A stretch of DNA of 33,353 nt, taken from the NCBI GenBank assembly GCA_001784275.1, contig MFQB01000012.1, positions 1 through 33,353 of the forward strand, read 5' to 3'. Source of the DNA: Candidatus Magasanikbacteria bacterium RIFCSPHIGHO2_02_FULL_47_14. GTDB lineage: Bacteria > Patescibacteriota > Patescibacteriia > Magasanikbacterales > UBA922. The notes beneath the pieces are model-generated. The model saw only the letters and a program-made list of their open reading frames with translations. It was not told the DNA's origin and ran no database searches. Positions 18,116-28,883 of this stretch are shown here, in pieces (position 1 is the stretch's first letter; the number at the start of each line of letters is the position of its first letter). A program made the position numbers and the translations under genes.

Positions 18116-18925
18116 TTATTTTTGCTCCAGACAGAAAACACACACAGCGATATGCCCAGACCAACGACGTAAAAAAATATCAAGAAAATAGCGGACAATC
18201 CTCGCAACCGCTCTATGACTTTCATAAACCGGCTGTAATAAAGGCCGTATCCAACCCACCTCATCTTTGAGTCCTTTTACACCATCACGGAATGAACACT
18301 CTTTCATTACGAAGCCATATTGTTCAAATATTTGCTTTACAAAATTCAGATCCAGAGCGAATTGGTAAAATGTATCTTTCATTTCTTTTTCTTGTCGGCT
18401 ATCTCTCAAAGCATAAACGCCTCGTCGGGCCAAAAATCGACGCAACGGGGACATATATGGAAAAGTGACAAATACGTAGCCGCCTTTTCTTACCACTCGT
18501 TTCATCTCTCTGACAATATCATCATATCCGTCCCAAAAATGTTCAATAACACCGAACGACCAGTATCCGTCGAAAAAATTATCTTCAAAAGGGAGCGCGC
18601 GAACATCTGCTTCCACCACGGAAAGATGCGGGGCAGCTCTTTTAACCGCCTGCACGGTATCAGGCGCATAATCGACACCATATGCATCATATCCCCACCG
18701 GTCAAATGCATAGACAAACTGTCCTAACCCACATCCACCGTCAAGAACTCGACCCCCCGAAGGGAGATAGGCCTTTGTGATGCGATATACAAAGCTTGTC
18801 TTATGTACCGATGTGATCTGACCTTTCACGTCGGCTTGATCCCAGTGAGTATCCCAAAAATCTTTTGTGCTCTTCATGCCAAAGTATATAAGTCTCTTTT
18901 GTGTGGGGTCATACACACGGTTCAT
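18116..18925 (-). CDS. Class I SAM-dependent methyltransferase (3 of 7)
   Basis: RVLDGGCGLG, GVDY, ADVRALPFEDNFFD...GVIEHF, EMKRVVRKGG. Confidence 0.92.
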   Translation of the reverse strand: MNRVYDPTQKRLIYFGMKSTKDFWDTHWDQADVKGQITSVHKTSFVYRITKAYLPSGGRVLDGGCGLGQFVYAFDRWGYDAYGVDYAPDTVQAVKRAAPHLSVVEADVRALPFEDNFFDGYWSFGVIEHFWDGYDDIVREMKRVVRKGGYVFVTFPYMSPLRRFLARRGVYALRDSRQEKEMKDTFYQFALDLNFVKQIFEQYGFVMKECSFRDGVKGLKDEVGWIRPLLQPVYESHRAVARIVRYFLDIFLRRWSGHIAVCVFCLEQK

Positions 18926-19605
18926 ACTGGCTGTCTACAAACTTCTTCAGAGATAATAACTCCCCACAGCTCACCCCACTGGACGGAATATTCCCGAGGC
19001 GCCCATCCGCTTTGACGTAATTCTTCCTGAAGTGAATCAAGAGTATACTCAATGTAATGAGTCGGATCTAACCGATATTCCAGGCCCTGTTCACGTTTAT
19101 ACATAGCCAACCAGTCCCGTGTAATAAGAGGGACACGAAGTAAAATAACATCCGATAACATATGCAGTTGTTGCAAAAAAGCGACGCGTTCTTTGATGTG
19201 TTCCAGGACGTTCGACAAAATGATTTTATCAAAACGGCGTGATGGTTTATAGGTCAACGCATCGGCGACCACGAACGTTAGATTGTCCGCACTCCAGCGT
19301 TTTTGTGCGATACGTATGTTTCTCAAAGAAATATCAATCCCGACCACAGAATCTGATTTATGAGAAACGTGATAGGCAGTAATTCCTTGACCGCAACCGA
19401 CATCAATAACCAAGTCACCATCAGCAACATGATCAACAAAAAACTGGTAATACTTCATGATCTCATGCTTGGGGTGCGCCCCGTCGTGAGCAATACTAAT
19501 CCATCGACCGATTCCTCTATAACTGACATTGTGCAAAAAAACAAAGAACGATACATTCAAACGCGCAATAAACGTTTTCATTTTTTTATATATTTCAGAC
19601 AGCAT
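18922..19605 (-). CDS. Class I SAM-dependent methyltransferase (4 of 7)
   Basis: VIDVGCGQG, VVGIDIS, FDKIILSNVLEHI, DPTHYIEY. Confidence 0.92.
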   Translation of the reverse strand: MLSEIYKKMKTFIARLNVSFFVFLHNVSYRGIGRWISIAHDGAHPKHEIMKYYQFFVDHVADGDLVIDVGCGQGITAYHVSHKSDSVVGIDISLRNIRIAQKRWSADNLTFVVADALTYKPSRRFDKIILSNVLEHIKERVAFLQQLHMLSDVILLRVPLITRDWLAMYKREQGLEYRLDPTHYIEYTLDSLQEELRQSGWAPREYSVQWGELWGVIISEEVCRQPV

Positions 19606-19619
19606 AATCGTACATACCT

Positions 19620-20561
19620 CTACTCTCCTGTCTCGTAATCGTGCTTTTTTCGAAAAACCAACTCAAGTGATGGAAGAAAAAATGACGTCGGCACTCGCAT
19701 GATCTGGGATAAAAAACGCATCATCACAAAAAAGGGCTTCGTTATTTTTGCTTTTACTGTCCGCAAATCATTGATGAAAAAATGGTATCCATACCCGACG
19801 TCTTCAGAGATATCTTCCACGTCCATCATGCACGTACGCGGGGTGCACTCATAATACGTCGCGTTTTTCCAACCGTTTCCGGTTCGAGTAAAACTTGTGA
19901 AACTTCCTTTCGCTTTCCTGAAAAGCCGAGCGTACGTATAGGCAATCTGGGGTGGCAACCAATGAACAAATGGTAAACCGATCGAATGTGTCTCAATAGG
20001 AAAATATCTATTTGGTGTATCAAAAAAACCAATCAAACCGCCTTTCTTTAGTTTTTTATAGTATGAGTCAACGTAGAGGTATCTGTTTTCGAAGGGCAAG
20101 TGTTCGACAACGGCAAGGACGATGATAATATCAAAAAAACCATCCGGATATGGTAACGACCGCGTCTGCTCATTAGAAAAACAGTCGACAGAAACTACCT
20201 TTTCAAGGCGCAACTCTTCTTTTTTTATACGTGTGATCTCTACAAACAGCGGATCCACATCATACGTATAAATCTCGCCAACTACCGGCTGCTGGTTCAG
20301 ATACTCGGTAATGTGGCCCGACGAACAACCCACCTCAAGTACGCGAAGATCCCGCAGCCCTTCCTTTGCACAGTATCGAAACAAGGGAAATAAAAACCGG
20401 CTGCGCTCATCTCGATGAGTAAGATACTGGGGGGCACGCCCAACCCCTTTTCTTTCGATAATTTTTTCGATTACTTTTTGACTATACACTGTTGTATATT
20501 GCTTTTCACCAATATACAAAACACGGTGATCGCCAAAATTTTTTATCTGAAAATCACTCAT
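19620..20561 (-). CDS. Class I SAM-dependent methyltransferase (5 of 7)
   Basis: RVLEVGCSSG, LPYPDGFFDII...AVVEHL, LKKGG...DTPNRYFPIETH. Confidence 0.9.
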   Translation of the reverse strand: MSDFQIKNFGDHRVLYIGEKQYTTVYSQKVIEKIIERKGVGRAPQYLTHRDERSRFLFPLFRYCAKEGLRDLRVLEVGCSSGHITEYLNQQPVVGEIYTYDVDPLFVEITRIKKEELRLEKVVSVDCFSNEQTRSLPYPDGFFDIIIVLAVVEHLPFENRYLYVDSYYKKLKKGGLIGFFDTPNRYFPIETHSIGLPFVHWLPPQIAYTYARLFRKAKGSFTSFTRTGNGWKNATYYECTPRTCMMDVEDISEDVGYGYHFFINDLRTVKAKITKPFFVMMRFLSQIMRVPTSFFLPSLELVFRKKHDYETGE

Positions 20562-20567
20562 ATTTTT

Positions 20568-21695
20568 TTAGGAGCTGCTCTTGATGACCTGACAATACAA
20601 ACATGCCTCTTTTTCTACAGTTGCAGCAAGGCTATGCTGCTCCGCAACAAAATGACGTGCCTCTCGACCGAGCCTTTCTTGTAACTGTTTATCTCCCATT
20701 ATCTTACTAATTCCGTCTTGTAAGTCTTTCACAGTCGGTTCTACAAGCCACCCAGTTTTTCCATGGGCTAGTACATCACGAATGCCGGCCACATTTGTCC
20801 CTAAGCATGGTAATCCGCAAGCCATGGCCTCCAAAAGAGATTTGGGCGTTCCTTCATAATGAGAGCAAAGTACGTATAGTGTATACTGGTTCAATATGCT
20901 TGGCAATAGGAGATTTGAGACAGCCCCTTGGAAATGAACCGAAACTCCCAGCGATTTCGCCAAATCTTTCAACTTGTCTTTTAGGGTTCCGGATCCATAA
21001 ATATCCAAACGATATGGTAAGCCTACAAGGGCGTAAAGCAAACTCTCGATATTTTTTTGAGGGTCAAGACGCCCTACAAAAACCAAATCACCAACTTTCT
21101 CTTCTTGTTTTGTGGACGAAGTGAATATTTCAACATCCACGTAATTCGGTATACGCCGCACAAATGAAATCGAATATTTTCTCAAAACATTTTTGTATTC
21201 TTCCTCACCAGCGACAATCACACCATCAGCATACGAATAACTAAAATATTCTAAAAAACGAGCCCACCAATACCGAATATGATATCCCTTCAAACGTGCA
21301 AAGGAAGAAAGGCTATACCCTGTTCGGACAATAAGCGGTTTTCCGCATAAAAATCTAGCAAGAACTCCGACAAAGCTCCCAGACATTTGATTTGTTTTGT
21401 ATAGATCACATTGAGAAAGTATCGTTTTATGTATAATGGGTAAAAAAAATGCATATAAAACCGTACCTATTTTCCCGGGGAAACAACGCGGTTTAGAAAT
21501 AATATGAATGGCAGATGGCAACAAATGCTGATACACTGCGTCTTGGACGCCGTAACTGAACCAGTAAATCTCTTTGCAAATGTTTTTTTTAACCAGCTCT
21601 TCATATAACCGTTTTTCCCTACTCAGCAACCCTGTATCATTCCAAAGTTGCACTGAAATATCCCAAGTAAAAAAAACCGCTAATCGTATACTCAT
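20568..21695 (-). CDS. Glycosyltransferase family 4 (GT-B)
   Basis: IPNYVD, VFVGRLDPQKN, SHYEGTPKSLLEAMACGLPC. Confidence 0.93.
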   Translation of the reverse strand: MSIRLAVFFTWDISVQLWNDTGLLSREKRLYEELVKKNICKEIYWFSYGVQDAVYQHLLPSAIHIISKPRCFPGKIGTVLYAFFLPIIHKTILSQCDLYKTNQMSGSFVGVLARFLCGKPLIVRTGYSLSSFARLKGYHIRYWWARFLEYFSYSYADGVIVAGEEEYKNVLRKYSISFVRRIPNYVDVEIFTSSTKQEEKVGDLVFVGRLDPQKNIESLLYALVGLPYRLDIYGSGTLKDKLKDLAKSLGVSVHFQGAVSNLLLPSILNQYTLYVLCSHYEGTPKSLLEAMACGLPCLGTNVAGIRDVLAHGKTGWLVEPTVKDLQDGISKIMGDKQLQERLGREARHFVAEQHSLAATVEKEACLYCQVIKSSS

Positions 21696-21707
21696 ACAAA
21701 GGCATGC

Positions 21708-22655
21708 CTAAGAAAATAATATCCTTCTTATAACAGACAGAACCGGCTTTGGGAAAAAAGTGGCCATATAGTACCCACAAGACCACAGGGGCACCCCGTG
21801 CGTCGACCAAAAAATCTTGAGACAGCGACGCGCCTCATCCATATTATTGACTTTAAAATATGTTTGGACCTCATGCTTCACAAACTCAGCCGGCGGCATC
21901 GGCTGTTGTCTGAGTGCTGCAGGATCAAATTCATCGTATTTGTCGTTTCCACACGAGCGACGTTGGCAGTACATATCACGAGCCGCCTGTGCAAATAAAC
22001 GCTGTCTATACTGCTTTTCTGCCGTCGTTTCGCTGGGTTGATACCGATACTGAATAAGTGGGTCAGCCAGTGTATAGAGTCGTTTGTTGTCTGACAAAAG
22101 TCTTAGATAAAAATCATAATCCTGACTTAAAAAAAACTTCTCTCTGTAGAGATACCCCTCGTTCCGAAAAAAAATAGTCGGATGAAAAATACTGGTTTGA
22201 AATATGCGCCGAGGTGATGTAAAACTTTTCCTTATATAATGAGATCGTTTATACAGTCTCCGTGTCTCCCCTGTTTCCTTGTCAAGCAGAATAGCAGCGG
22301 ATCCCAACAAAAAAACATCCGGATGCCTCTCCATAAAATCCATTTGTCTTTCCAGCCTATTTGAAAACGATATGTCGTCAGCGTCTTGCCGTGCGATATA
22401 TGTTCCACGTGCATGTCCAAGAGCGACATTTAGTGCATAAGCTAAACCATGACAACTCGTCAAAACAACTGGCTGAATACGCAGATCCTTTACGCGAAAT
22501 CTCTCGACAATATCGATTGAATGATCGGTACATCCGTCCAAAATAATAAAAAACTCAATATTATCGTATGTCTGATCCAAGATGCTACGGATTGACTCAG
22601 CCAGTGTTTCCTCGCTGTTGTGTACCGCCATGATGACAGAAATGTCCGGCCTCAT
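21708..22655 (-). CDS. Glycosyltransferase family 2 (GT-A)
   Basis: ISVIMAVHN, SILDQT, DGCTD, YIARQDADD, QDYDFYLR. Confidence 0.93.
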   Translation of the reverse strand: MRPDISVIMAVHNSEETLAESIRSILDQTYDNIEFFIILDGCTDHSIDIVERFRVKDLRIQPVVLTSCHGLAYALNVALGHARGTYIARQDADDISFSNRLERQMDFMERHPDVFLLGSAAILLDKETGETRRLYKRSHYIRKSFTSPRRIFQTSIFHPTIFFRNEGYLYREKFFLSQDYDFYLRLLSDNKRLYTLADPLIQYRYQPSETTAEKQYRQRLFAQAARDMYCQRRSCGNDKYDEFDPAALRQQPMPPAEFVKHEVQTYFKVNNMDEARRCLKIFWSTHGVPLWSCGYYMATFFPKPVLSVIRRILFS

Positions 22656-23620
22656 ACGTCAAAGGGCGGGGCCAAATTCAAAAACTCATCGTGTGGTATT
22701 TGTCGAAGTGACTGAATTCTTTGGCGATGTTTTAAAGCGCGCGGTATATGACGAAAAAATAACCAGTGTGAAATGAGAAAACTATAAAAAAGCATGACGT
22801 CATGTTTACGAACAATCTGACGCAATGTTTTATAAAAAAAATAACTATAACCGACGACGTACCATTTGAATAGCGAAAGAACTGTATAACTTTTGGTAAT
22901 GGTGTACATAAATCCGGCCATTTCATACTTATATTTCCAGCGATATGTATCTCGATCGAGTAATCGCTGCACACCCAGATGCACAGCGTGGGACCGAGTA
23001 TACAAAAAATTTTGATATCCAAGCAAGTATGCACGGATTCCAATGTCCCAGTCGTCAAGACAATATGGAAAGGTCTCATCAAATCCACCGACAGTATCCC
23101 ATATATCTTTGCGGAAAAACAACAGCCCCCCCATGGGACATGGTATCTCAAAAGGGACGCTGTCAGACACCGTTCGCAGTGGAACGCTAGGCTTACGACG
23201 ATTGGTGTAGAGACCGTAAGCATCAGTGAGGTCGCCCCCCCAGTCAATAAACGGGATCGACACAAATGCCGCTTTCGGGTGTGTCTGGTAGAAGGAGACA
23301 AGTTTTTCCAACAGCCGGACATCCTCCGGAAGTATGTCGTCATCCAAAAGGAGTACATAATCTGCTGTTGCATATCCCATACCTATGTTCTTTCCTTTTG
23401 AATACCCGTAATTTACGTTATTTCTTATAACGTGGATTGATGGGAACTGATCAACTAAAAAAGAAACCTGCTGGTCATCCGAACCGTTGTCTATAACGTA
23501 TATCTTATAGTTGGGATATGTGAAAGATAACAAGCGAGGTAATATACGCTCCATGTATTTTTTTCCATTATAGTGAAGTATGACAATGTCAACTGATGGC
23601 GCGGTAGACTCCATGACCAT
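22652..23620 (-). CDS. Glycosyltransferase family 2 (GT-A, rhamnosyltransferase-like subgroup)
   Basis: VDIVILHYNG, VIDNGSDD, NYGYSKGKNIG, LLDDD, VGGFDETF...DDWDIG.R. Confidence 0.9.
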   Translation of the reverse strand: MVMESTAPSVDIVILHYNGKKYMERILPRLLSFTYPNYKIYVIDNGSDDQQVSFLVDQFPSIHVIRNNVNYGYSKGKNIGMGYATADYVLLLDDDILPEDVRLLEKLVSFYQTHPKAAFVSIPFIDWGGDLTDAYGLYTNRRKPSVPLRTVSDSVPFEIPCPMGGLLFFRKDIWDTVGGFDETFPYCLDDWDIGIRAYLLGYQNFLYTRSHAVHLGVQRLLDRDTYRWKYKYEMAGFMYTITKSYTVLSLFKWYVVGYSYFFYKTLRQIVRKHDVMLFYSFLISHWLFFRHIPRALKHRQRIQSLRQIPHDEFLNLAPPFDV

Positions 23621-23625
23621 AAAAA

Positions 23626-24354
23626 CTATTTTTTACAAATCACTAAAATATCTTTTGAAAAAATGGTTGTTGTTTTTCTTCCGTAGAGCCTCGTCGTTAT
23701 TAACATATATGACTGAATCAACATACTGAGTAACCACGCCGGGTAATTGAGCGGATTTTCGTAGAAAACATAAATTGCCAAACCGTACACCGTCACATCA
23801 GAAAAACCGGCAAGTCGTGCTACTTGGCTCAGACTCTCCTGGGTAAAGCCAATTTCGTGGGTAAAGTCTATATACCTGCCTCCCGCTGCGGTCATCCAAT
23901 TTGACATATTCGGTGTTTTTATACAGAGGACTCCACCGGGGCGGAGAGCAACAAACATTTTTTCTAAAAGCTCAACAATAACATCTTTTGTTAAGTGTTC
24001 AATGATGTCGTTAAATACAATCGCGTCAAACTCGTTTCGACGGTCGTGAAAAAAAGAATGGAGGTCGTGTTGTTCTGTAGCGAAACCTTGTTTTTGACAA
24101 AAAGAAACTACTTCTGTAGAGATATCGACACCTAAAAAATTCGTATATCCTTCCCGTTGCAAAAAAAACAGAAAGTCCCCCATGCCGCATCCCGCATCAA
24201 CAATACGAGCGTTTTTGTTTTTTGGCAAATGAGATGCATAATTTTTGCGAAAATAACGGCGACGAACTTTATACTCTCGCTGTATCTCCTCAGGACTATG
24301 CGTATAGCCAAAATGAGTTGAAATATATCGATCGAATAGTTTGTGTGTGTTCAT
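23626..24354 (-). CDS. Class I SAM-dependent methyltransferase (6 of 7)
   Basis: IVDAGCGMG, GVDIS, FDAIVFNDIIEHL, LRPGG...KTPN, YIDFTHE. Start placed at the ATG at 24354. Confidence 0.92.
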   Translation of the reverse strand: MNTHKLFDRYISTHFGYTHSPEEIQREYKVRRRYFRKNYASHLPKNKNARIVDAGCGMGDFLFFLQREGYTNFLGVDISTEVVSFCQKQGFATEQHDLHSFFHDRRNEFDAIVFNDIIEHLTKDVIVELLEKMFVALRPGGVLCIKTPNMSNWMTAAGGRYIDFTHEIGFTQESLSQVARLAGFSDVTVYGLAIYVFYENPLNYPAWLLSMLIQSYMLITTRLYGRKTTTIFSKDILVICKK

Positions 24355-24358
24355 AAGA

Positions 24359-24970
24359 TTATGCAATGCGTGCTTCAAATACGTAAGCAAAAGGAATTCC
24401 CAGCCATAACCTCACCGGAAATACCCGGATATCACTATACCCAAGTTCATCCATCATTTCCAAAACTTCAACTTCTGAATACATATATTTCACCACTTTC
24501 CTTAACTTCCAAGCCAAAGTGGTGTAGAACCATCCGCCAATGCCATAGCCAATAATAGTAAAAAAAATAGCGCCCGACTGTTGGGCCAGAACACTTCTGC
24601 TTTCTCTCAAAAAGCTAAAAAGCTCTTCTCGATTCAAATATTCTGTCATCCAAAAAGAAACAATCATATCATGCGGTGTTGTTATATGTCGAGCAAAGTC
24701 AGAGGCGCTTGCTTCAACCACGGAAAATTCGGGGGGGCACAAGTGTGGATTAACATCTACGCCAGTTATTTTATTTCTATTTTTCTGAAAAAATTTCGAG
24801 TAATACCCGGTACCAATACCAACTTCGACGATTTGTTTGTCCCGTACAAAATTTACCAACGGTAAAATATATCTGCTCGTTGGAACGCGCAAGAGATAGT
24901 GCGAGAGTCCCTTCTTATCATATAAAGCGGTGGTAACACTCTGATATCGGCTATATCCTAAGGCTGGCAT
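24359..24970 (-). CDS. Class I SAM-dependent methyltransferase (7 of 7)
   Basis: IVEVGIGTGYY, GVDVN, HDMIVSFWMTEYL. Start placed at the ATG at 24970. Confidence 0.82.
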   Translation of the reverse strand: MPALGYSRYQSVTTALYDKKGLSHYLLRVPTSRYILPLVNFVRDKQIVEVGIGTGYYSKFFQKNRNKITGVDVNPHLCPPEFSVVEASASDFARHITTPHDMIVSFWMTEYLNREELFSFLRESRSVLAQQSGAIFFTIIGYGIGGWFYTTLAWKLRKVVKYMYSEVEVLEMMDELGYSDIRVFPVRLWLGIPFAYVFEARIA

Positions 24971-25883
24971 ATATTTGATACAACTCTTCAAGGGTAACGA
25001 ATGAGCATCCCTTCAGGGCAAGCCCGTCTAATACTTTTGTTAAACGACGGACATACCATGCCACACTCCACTCACTTCTGGTATATGGTGTTGCCCGAGG
25101 AATAATCTCCATACTATGAAACATAAGGCAGAAAACGACGTAGTCGTTTGACCGGTACAAGCGTATTGTGTCGTCAATAAGTCGACGTTGTTCATACGCA
25201 GACATATGAGTTGGCCGTAACCAACGATACCACAACCATCTATCCGGCGCAAAGGCGAATCGTTTCCCTTGAATAGTAATAGGTACTTCAAGGAGCGGCT
25301 CACTGAATCGCTGTGTATTTTCTTTATTTATAAAGTATGGTTGAACAGGATACTGACGAAAGTTAGGGCCGCCCTGATACGACCAGTCAATTCCTGGGGT
25401 AACGGAACTGTCAACGTGATAACCCAGAGATTGGAGACTTTGCCACGTGTCTCCATCTGCCCCAAAACGAGCTGCGCGGTATGATGTCGGATTGACACCA
25501 AGTCGTTCGCCAATCATAGCGGTCAATGTTTGTATTTTTTTATATTCGGTGGATAGATCGTATGCATAACAGGGATATTCGTCGCTTCTCGTTCCATTAT
25601 AGTGACTGTACTTCTTCATTGGTTCGACATATTCAGCATGAAGATGTGCCCCTATTTCAGCACCTTTCGTCTTTTCTTGAGATAATGACTCACAACTTTG
25701 CCGGTCCTCGACCACTTCTGGTGAAACAAAGTACACGGGCCGGACCCCAAATCGATCCCAGATGGGCCGGAGTAGCTGTGGTACTCCTTGAGTAACCGAG
25801 CTAAATTGAAGCGGATCACTCCGCCTCCAACTTGTCGAACAATCTGGCTCGGTGTCAACTGTTACTACACAATACAACTGCAC
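24951..25883 (-). CDS. Polysaccharide deacetylase (CE4/NodB-like, WalW-type)
   Basis: VTVDTE.D, EIGAHLH, SYRAARF, VDSSVTPG, LLEVP.T, MFHSME. GTG start. Confidence 0.88.
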   Translation of the reverse strand: MQLYCVVTVDTEPDCSTSWRRSDPLQFSSVTQGVPQLLRPIWDRFGVRPVYFVSPEVVEDRQSCESLSQEKTKGAEIGAHLHAEYVEPMKKYSHYNGTRSDEYPCYAYDLSTEYKKIQTLTAMIGERLGVNPTSYRAARFGADGDTWQSLQSLGYHVDSSVTPGIDWSYQGGPNFRQYPVQPYFINKENTQRFSEPLLEVPITIQGKRFAFAPDRWLWYRWLRPTHMSAYEQRRLIDDTIRLYRSNDYVVFCLMFHSMEIIPRATPYTRSEWSVAWYVRRLTKVLDGLALKGCSFVTLEELYQIYASLRI

Positions 25884-25894
25884 ATGAAAATCGT

Positions 25895-27736
25895 TTAAGA
25901 AAAATATGCCTTATGCCACATTTCGAGTGCGAGAAGCGCCCAAAGTCGTTTGCCATGACCGCCCTTGCTTTGATGCTCTTCGAGCATGTGTTGAATAGCC
26001 TCTCGTCTAAAAAGAGTGTATATGAAACTTTCCTGATCGTGAAATTGTTCACGTATGTAAGGACGTAACTCATGTTGAAACCAGGCATCGATGGGCACTG
26101 AGAACCCATGCTTCTGGCGCGTGAGAACTGAGCGCGGCAACCGAGACCTCAAAGCGCGACGGAGTATTTTTTTTCCTTGAAAAAAATCAAGTTTAAGCCT
26201 GGAAGGCATCTCGGCCATTCGCAGAACAAAAAGATGATCTAAAAAGGGCGCTCTCACTTCCAACGCATGCGCCATGCTTGCCATATCTGTCTTCACATTT
26301 AAGTCGTCGGGGACATAGGAATGAAAATCGAGCCATAATATTTGATTGATCCACTCGGCATGGATTTCTTTCACTTTGTTCTCGAATATATTTTCAACTC
26401 CCTGATGAGAGCTGTTGTACCCGGGCATGCACCACCGGCTTTTTAACCATTCGTCAAAGTAGTTAGTGAGGTTATAATGTCGACGGGCGGGCGACAAGGA
26501 GCCCATACGCTTAATTAAGTTGATTTTCGACGACAAAAAACGAGAAGGGAATATTTTTAGCGCTTCTGCAAGCCAAGGATACCGCAACAAGGCAAGATGT
26601 ACACGATACTTATCATATCCGGCAAAGTTTTCATCACCTCCATCGCCACTTAAAGCGACAGTAACGTACTTTCTCGTATACTGAGATAACATATAGGTTG
26701 GCAGCTGTGAACTATCCGCATATGGCTCTTCGTAGTGAACAAAAAGATTTTCAATATGAGCGAGGAGGTCCTGTGGCCCCACGCGACACTCGTGGTGTTC
26801 GGTCTGATATAGTGCAGAAACTTGTTGTGCATAGACGCCTTCGTCAAATTCTTTTTCTCCAAAACGAATAGAAAAAGTTTTTACTTTGTCAGTAAACTGA
26901 CTCATAGACGCGACAACAGCGCTGCTGTCAATACCTCCTGAGAGAAAAACGCCAATCGGGACGTCGCTAATCATTCGAAGTGATACTGCACGATCTATTT
27001 CCTCGAGGACATACGTTTCCCACTCCGATTGACTACGGTCATACCTTGGTATGTAGTTCAAAGAAAAATATTTTTGTTTTGTGAAACGACCGTCTTTAAG
27101 AGATAAAGTGAAGTAATGTCCCTGCTCCAACTTCTGAATATGCACAAAACCGGTCCGCGGAGCAGGAACGTATTGAAGTGTTAAAAAATCATAAATCGCT
27201 TTTCCGTCGACCTGACGTGGAATGGCATGTGTAAGAATTGCCTTTAATTCGGAACTGAAAATAAATCGATCGCCGTCGAAATAATACTTTAATGGCTTCT
27301 TGCCGAACCGATCTCGTGCCCCGAAAAGGATGCTCTCCTCTTTATCATATATCACAAAAGCAAACATCCCATTAAATTTGCTAAGGCATTCTGTGCCATA
27401 CTCCAAGTACGCAGCGGCCAGTACTTCAGTATCTGTTTGTGAATCAAACACATAGCCCTTTTGTTCCAGTTCAGAACGAATTTCAAAAAAGTTATACACC
27501 TCCCCATTAAAGGTAATGACAGCCGTCCTACCTTGGTGGGTATATATCATAGGCTGATGGCCACTTTGTGAAAGGTCCAAAATGGCAAGACGTAGATGGC
27601 CCAAGCCGACGTTCCTGTCTATAAAAATACCTCGATCATCCGGACCGCGATAGTTAATGGCCTGATTCATCTTCTCTATATCAGTCTGACTAACAGGCTG
27701 ATTTTTCAGTGAGACAAATCCGTTTATACCACACAT
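25895..27736 (-). CDS. asnB: Glutamine-hydrolysing asparagine synthase-family amidotransferase; by context probably amidates a glycan carboxyl group
   Basis: N-terminal MCGING (Ntn Cys), RGPD, GHLRLAILDL...QPM, FNGEVYN, TDTEV, FLSGGIDSS, ALSGDGGDE.FAGY, LEVRAPFLD. Confidence 0.96.
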   Translation of the reverse strand: MCGINGFVSLKNQPVSQTDIEKMNQAINYRGPDDRGIFIDRNVGLGHLRLAILDLSQSGHQPMIYTHQGRTAVITFNGEVYNFFEIRSELEQKGYVFDSQTDTEVLAAAYLEYGTECLSKFNGMFAFVIYDKEESILFGARDRFGKKPLKYYFDGDRFIFSSELKAILTHAIPRQVDGKAIYDFLTLQYVPAPRTGFVHIQKLEQGHYFTLSLKDGRFTKQKYFSLNYIPRYDRSQSEWETYVLEEIDRAVSLRMISDVPIGVFLSGGIDSSAVVASMSQFTDKVKTFSIRFGEKEFDEGVYAQQVSALYQTEHHECRVGPQDLLAHIENLFVHYEEPYADSSQLPTYMLSQYTRKYVTVALSGDGGDENFAGYDKYRVHLALLRYPWLAEALKIFPSRFLSSKINLIKRMGSLSPARRHYNLTNYFDEWLKSRWCMPGYNSSHQGVENIFENKVKEIHAEWINQILWLDFHSYVPDDLNVKTDMASMAHALEVRAPFLDHLFVLRMAEMPSRLKLDFFQGKKILRRALRSRLPRSVLTRQKHGFSVPIDAWFQHELRPYIREQFHDQESFIYTLFRREAIQHMLEEHQSKGGHGKRLWALLALEMWHKAYFS

Positions 27737-28881
27737 AAACGCTGATATAACTGAAAATACTGGTCGGCCATGTTCTCCCAGTGAAAGCGTTCCGCAATAC
27801 TCCGGCTGTACACGCCCATCTCTTTTTGCCGGTCAGGGTTAATATATACTTGATACAAGGCTTCTGAAATATCCTCTTCGTTTGGGTCTACAACATACCC
27901 GTTGCTCTTGACCAACATATCACTTCCACCAGTTTTCGTTGTGATAACCGGAAGTCCGCTTGCCATTGCCTCTAAGAGGGTGTTACTCATGCCCTCTCGT
28001 TCCGACACCAATACAAATACCGACGCATGCTGATAAGACGAAGGGAGTTCGTGATGAGGTACATGTGGTGAAAAGACCACCGTATCTTGAATATTCAATT
28101 CTTTACAATACGAAACGAGCTGTCTGCGCTCAGGTCCGTCTCCGATGAGGACCAATTCGACCGGTTTGCTTGAAATACGTTGAGAAAACTTTTTAAATGA
28201 CCGGAGCAGCAATGGAATGTTCTTAATACGATGCAATCGCCCAACAAATAACACACGAAAAACAGAACTTCTCTTTGTGTTGACACTGAATTTGTTTATA
28301 TCAACTCCATTTGGTATAACCGCATAGTCCCTACGCAAAAAATGCTCTGCCTCATTTTGGAGGTCATCACTATTCACAACTACTGCGCCTGCTTTCTTCC
28401 AACTTCGATAAATAAGAGACTTCATGACGGCGTACATGTATCGATAGCTGGGATTGTGGTATGGCACATCACTCCCTCGCAGACTTATCACGTATGGTGG
28501 TTCCAAAAAAGAGGCAACTATCCCACCGGGAATTCCCATAAACGCGTGCACCAAGTCATATTGCTGTGCCTGCATCATTTTTTTTGAAAAAAAATACGCC
28601 TGGACAGCATAACGTAATACGTCTTGATGTCTCTGGTGTTGAAGATGAACCTCGTTTTTTCCAATATCAAGGCGGTACATGACCGCTGAGTCAGACAATC
28701 GAACCACGTCCTTAGAACCCGGCGACCCAGTGATAACGTCAATCATCACGCGAGAACCGTGTATCTGAGTCAGAGAACGTACCAAATAGTCCACTGCGTT
28801 TGCAGCCCCACCTCCAAGTGGAGGAAACTCGTAACTAAGGAGAAGTATGCGCAATCGAGTATGCTGATCCATCTTTGCCAT
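27724..28881 (-). CDS. Glycosyltransferase family 4 (GT-B)
   Basis: YEFPPLGGGA, IPNGVD, LFVGRL..IKN, REGMSNTLLEAMASGLPVI. Confidence 0.94.
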   Translation of the reverse strand: MAKMDQHTRLRILLLSYEFPPLGGGAANAVDYLVRSLTQIHGSRVMIDVITGSPGSKDVVRLSDSAVMYRLDIGKNEVHLQHQRHQDVLRYAVQAYFFSKKMMQAQQYDLVHAFMGIPGGIVASFLEPPYVISLRGSDVPYHNPSYRYMYAVMKSLIYRSWKKAGAVVVNSDDLQNEAEHFLRRDYAVIPNGVDINKFSVNTKRSSVFRVLFVGRLHRIKNIPLLLRSFKKFSQRISSKPVELVLIGDGPERRQLVSYCKELNIQDTVVFSPHVPHHELPSSYQHASVFVLVSEREGMSNTLLEAMASGLPVITTKTGGSDMLVKSNGYVVDPNEEDISEALYQVYINPDRQKEMGVYSRSIAERFHWENMADQYFQLYQRLCVV

Positions 28882-28883
28882 AG

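Noticed and set aside
22732..23401. 213-aa alternative-frame ORF and antisense ORFs over the GT2 gene
   Set aside because: Fully nested in a well-supported gene with no motifs. The same applies to the other short nested ORFs across the operon and fusA.
25895..27736. AsnB as a lasso-peptide cyclase or a true asparagine biosynthesis gene
   Set aside because: Intact Ntn glutaminase domain, no precursor peptide or B protein nearby, and embedded among glycosyltransferases.
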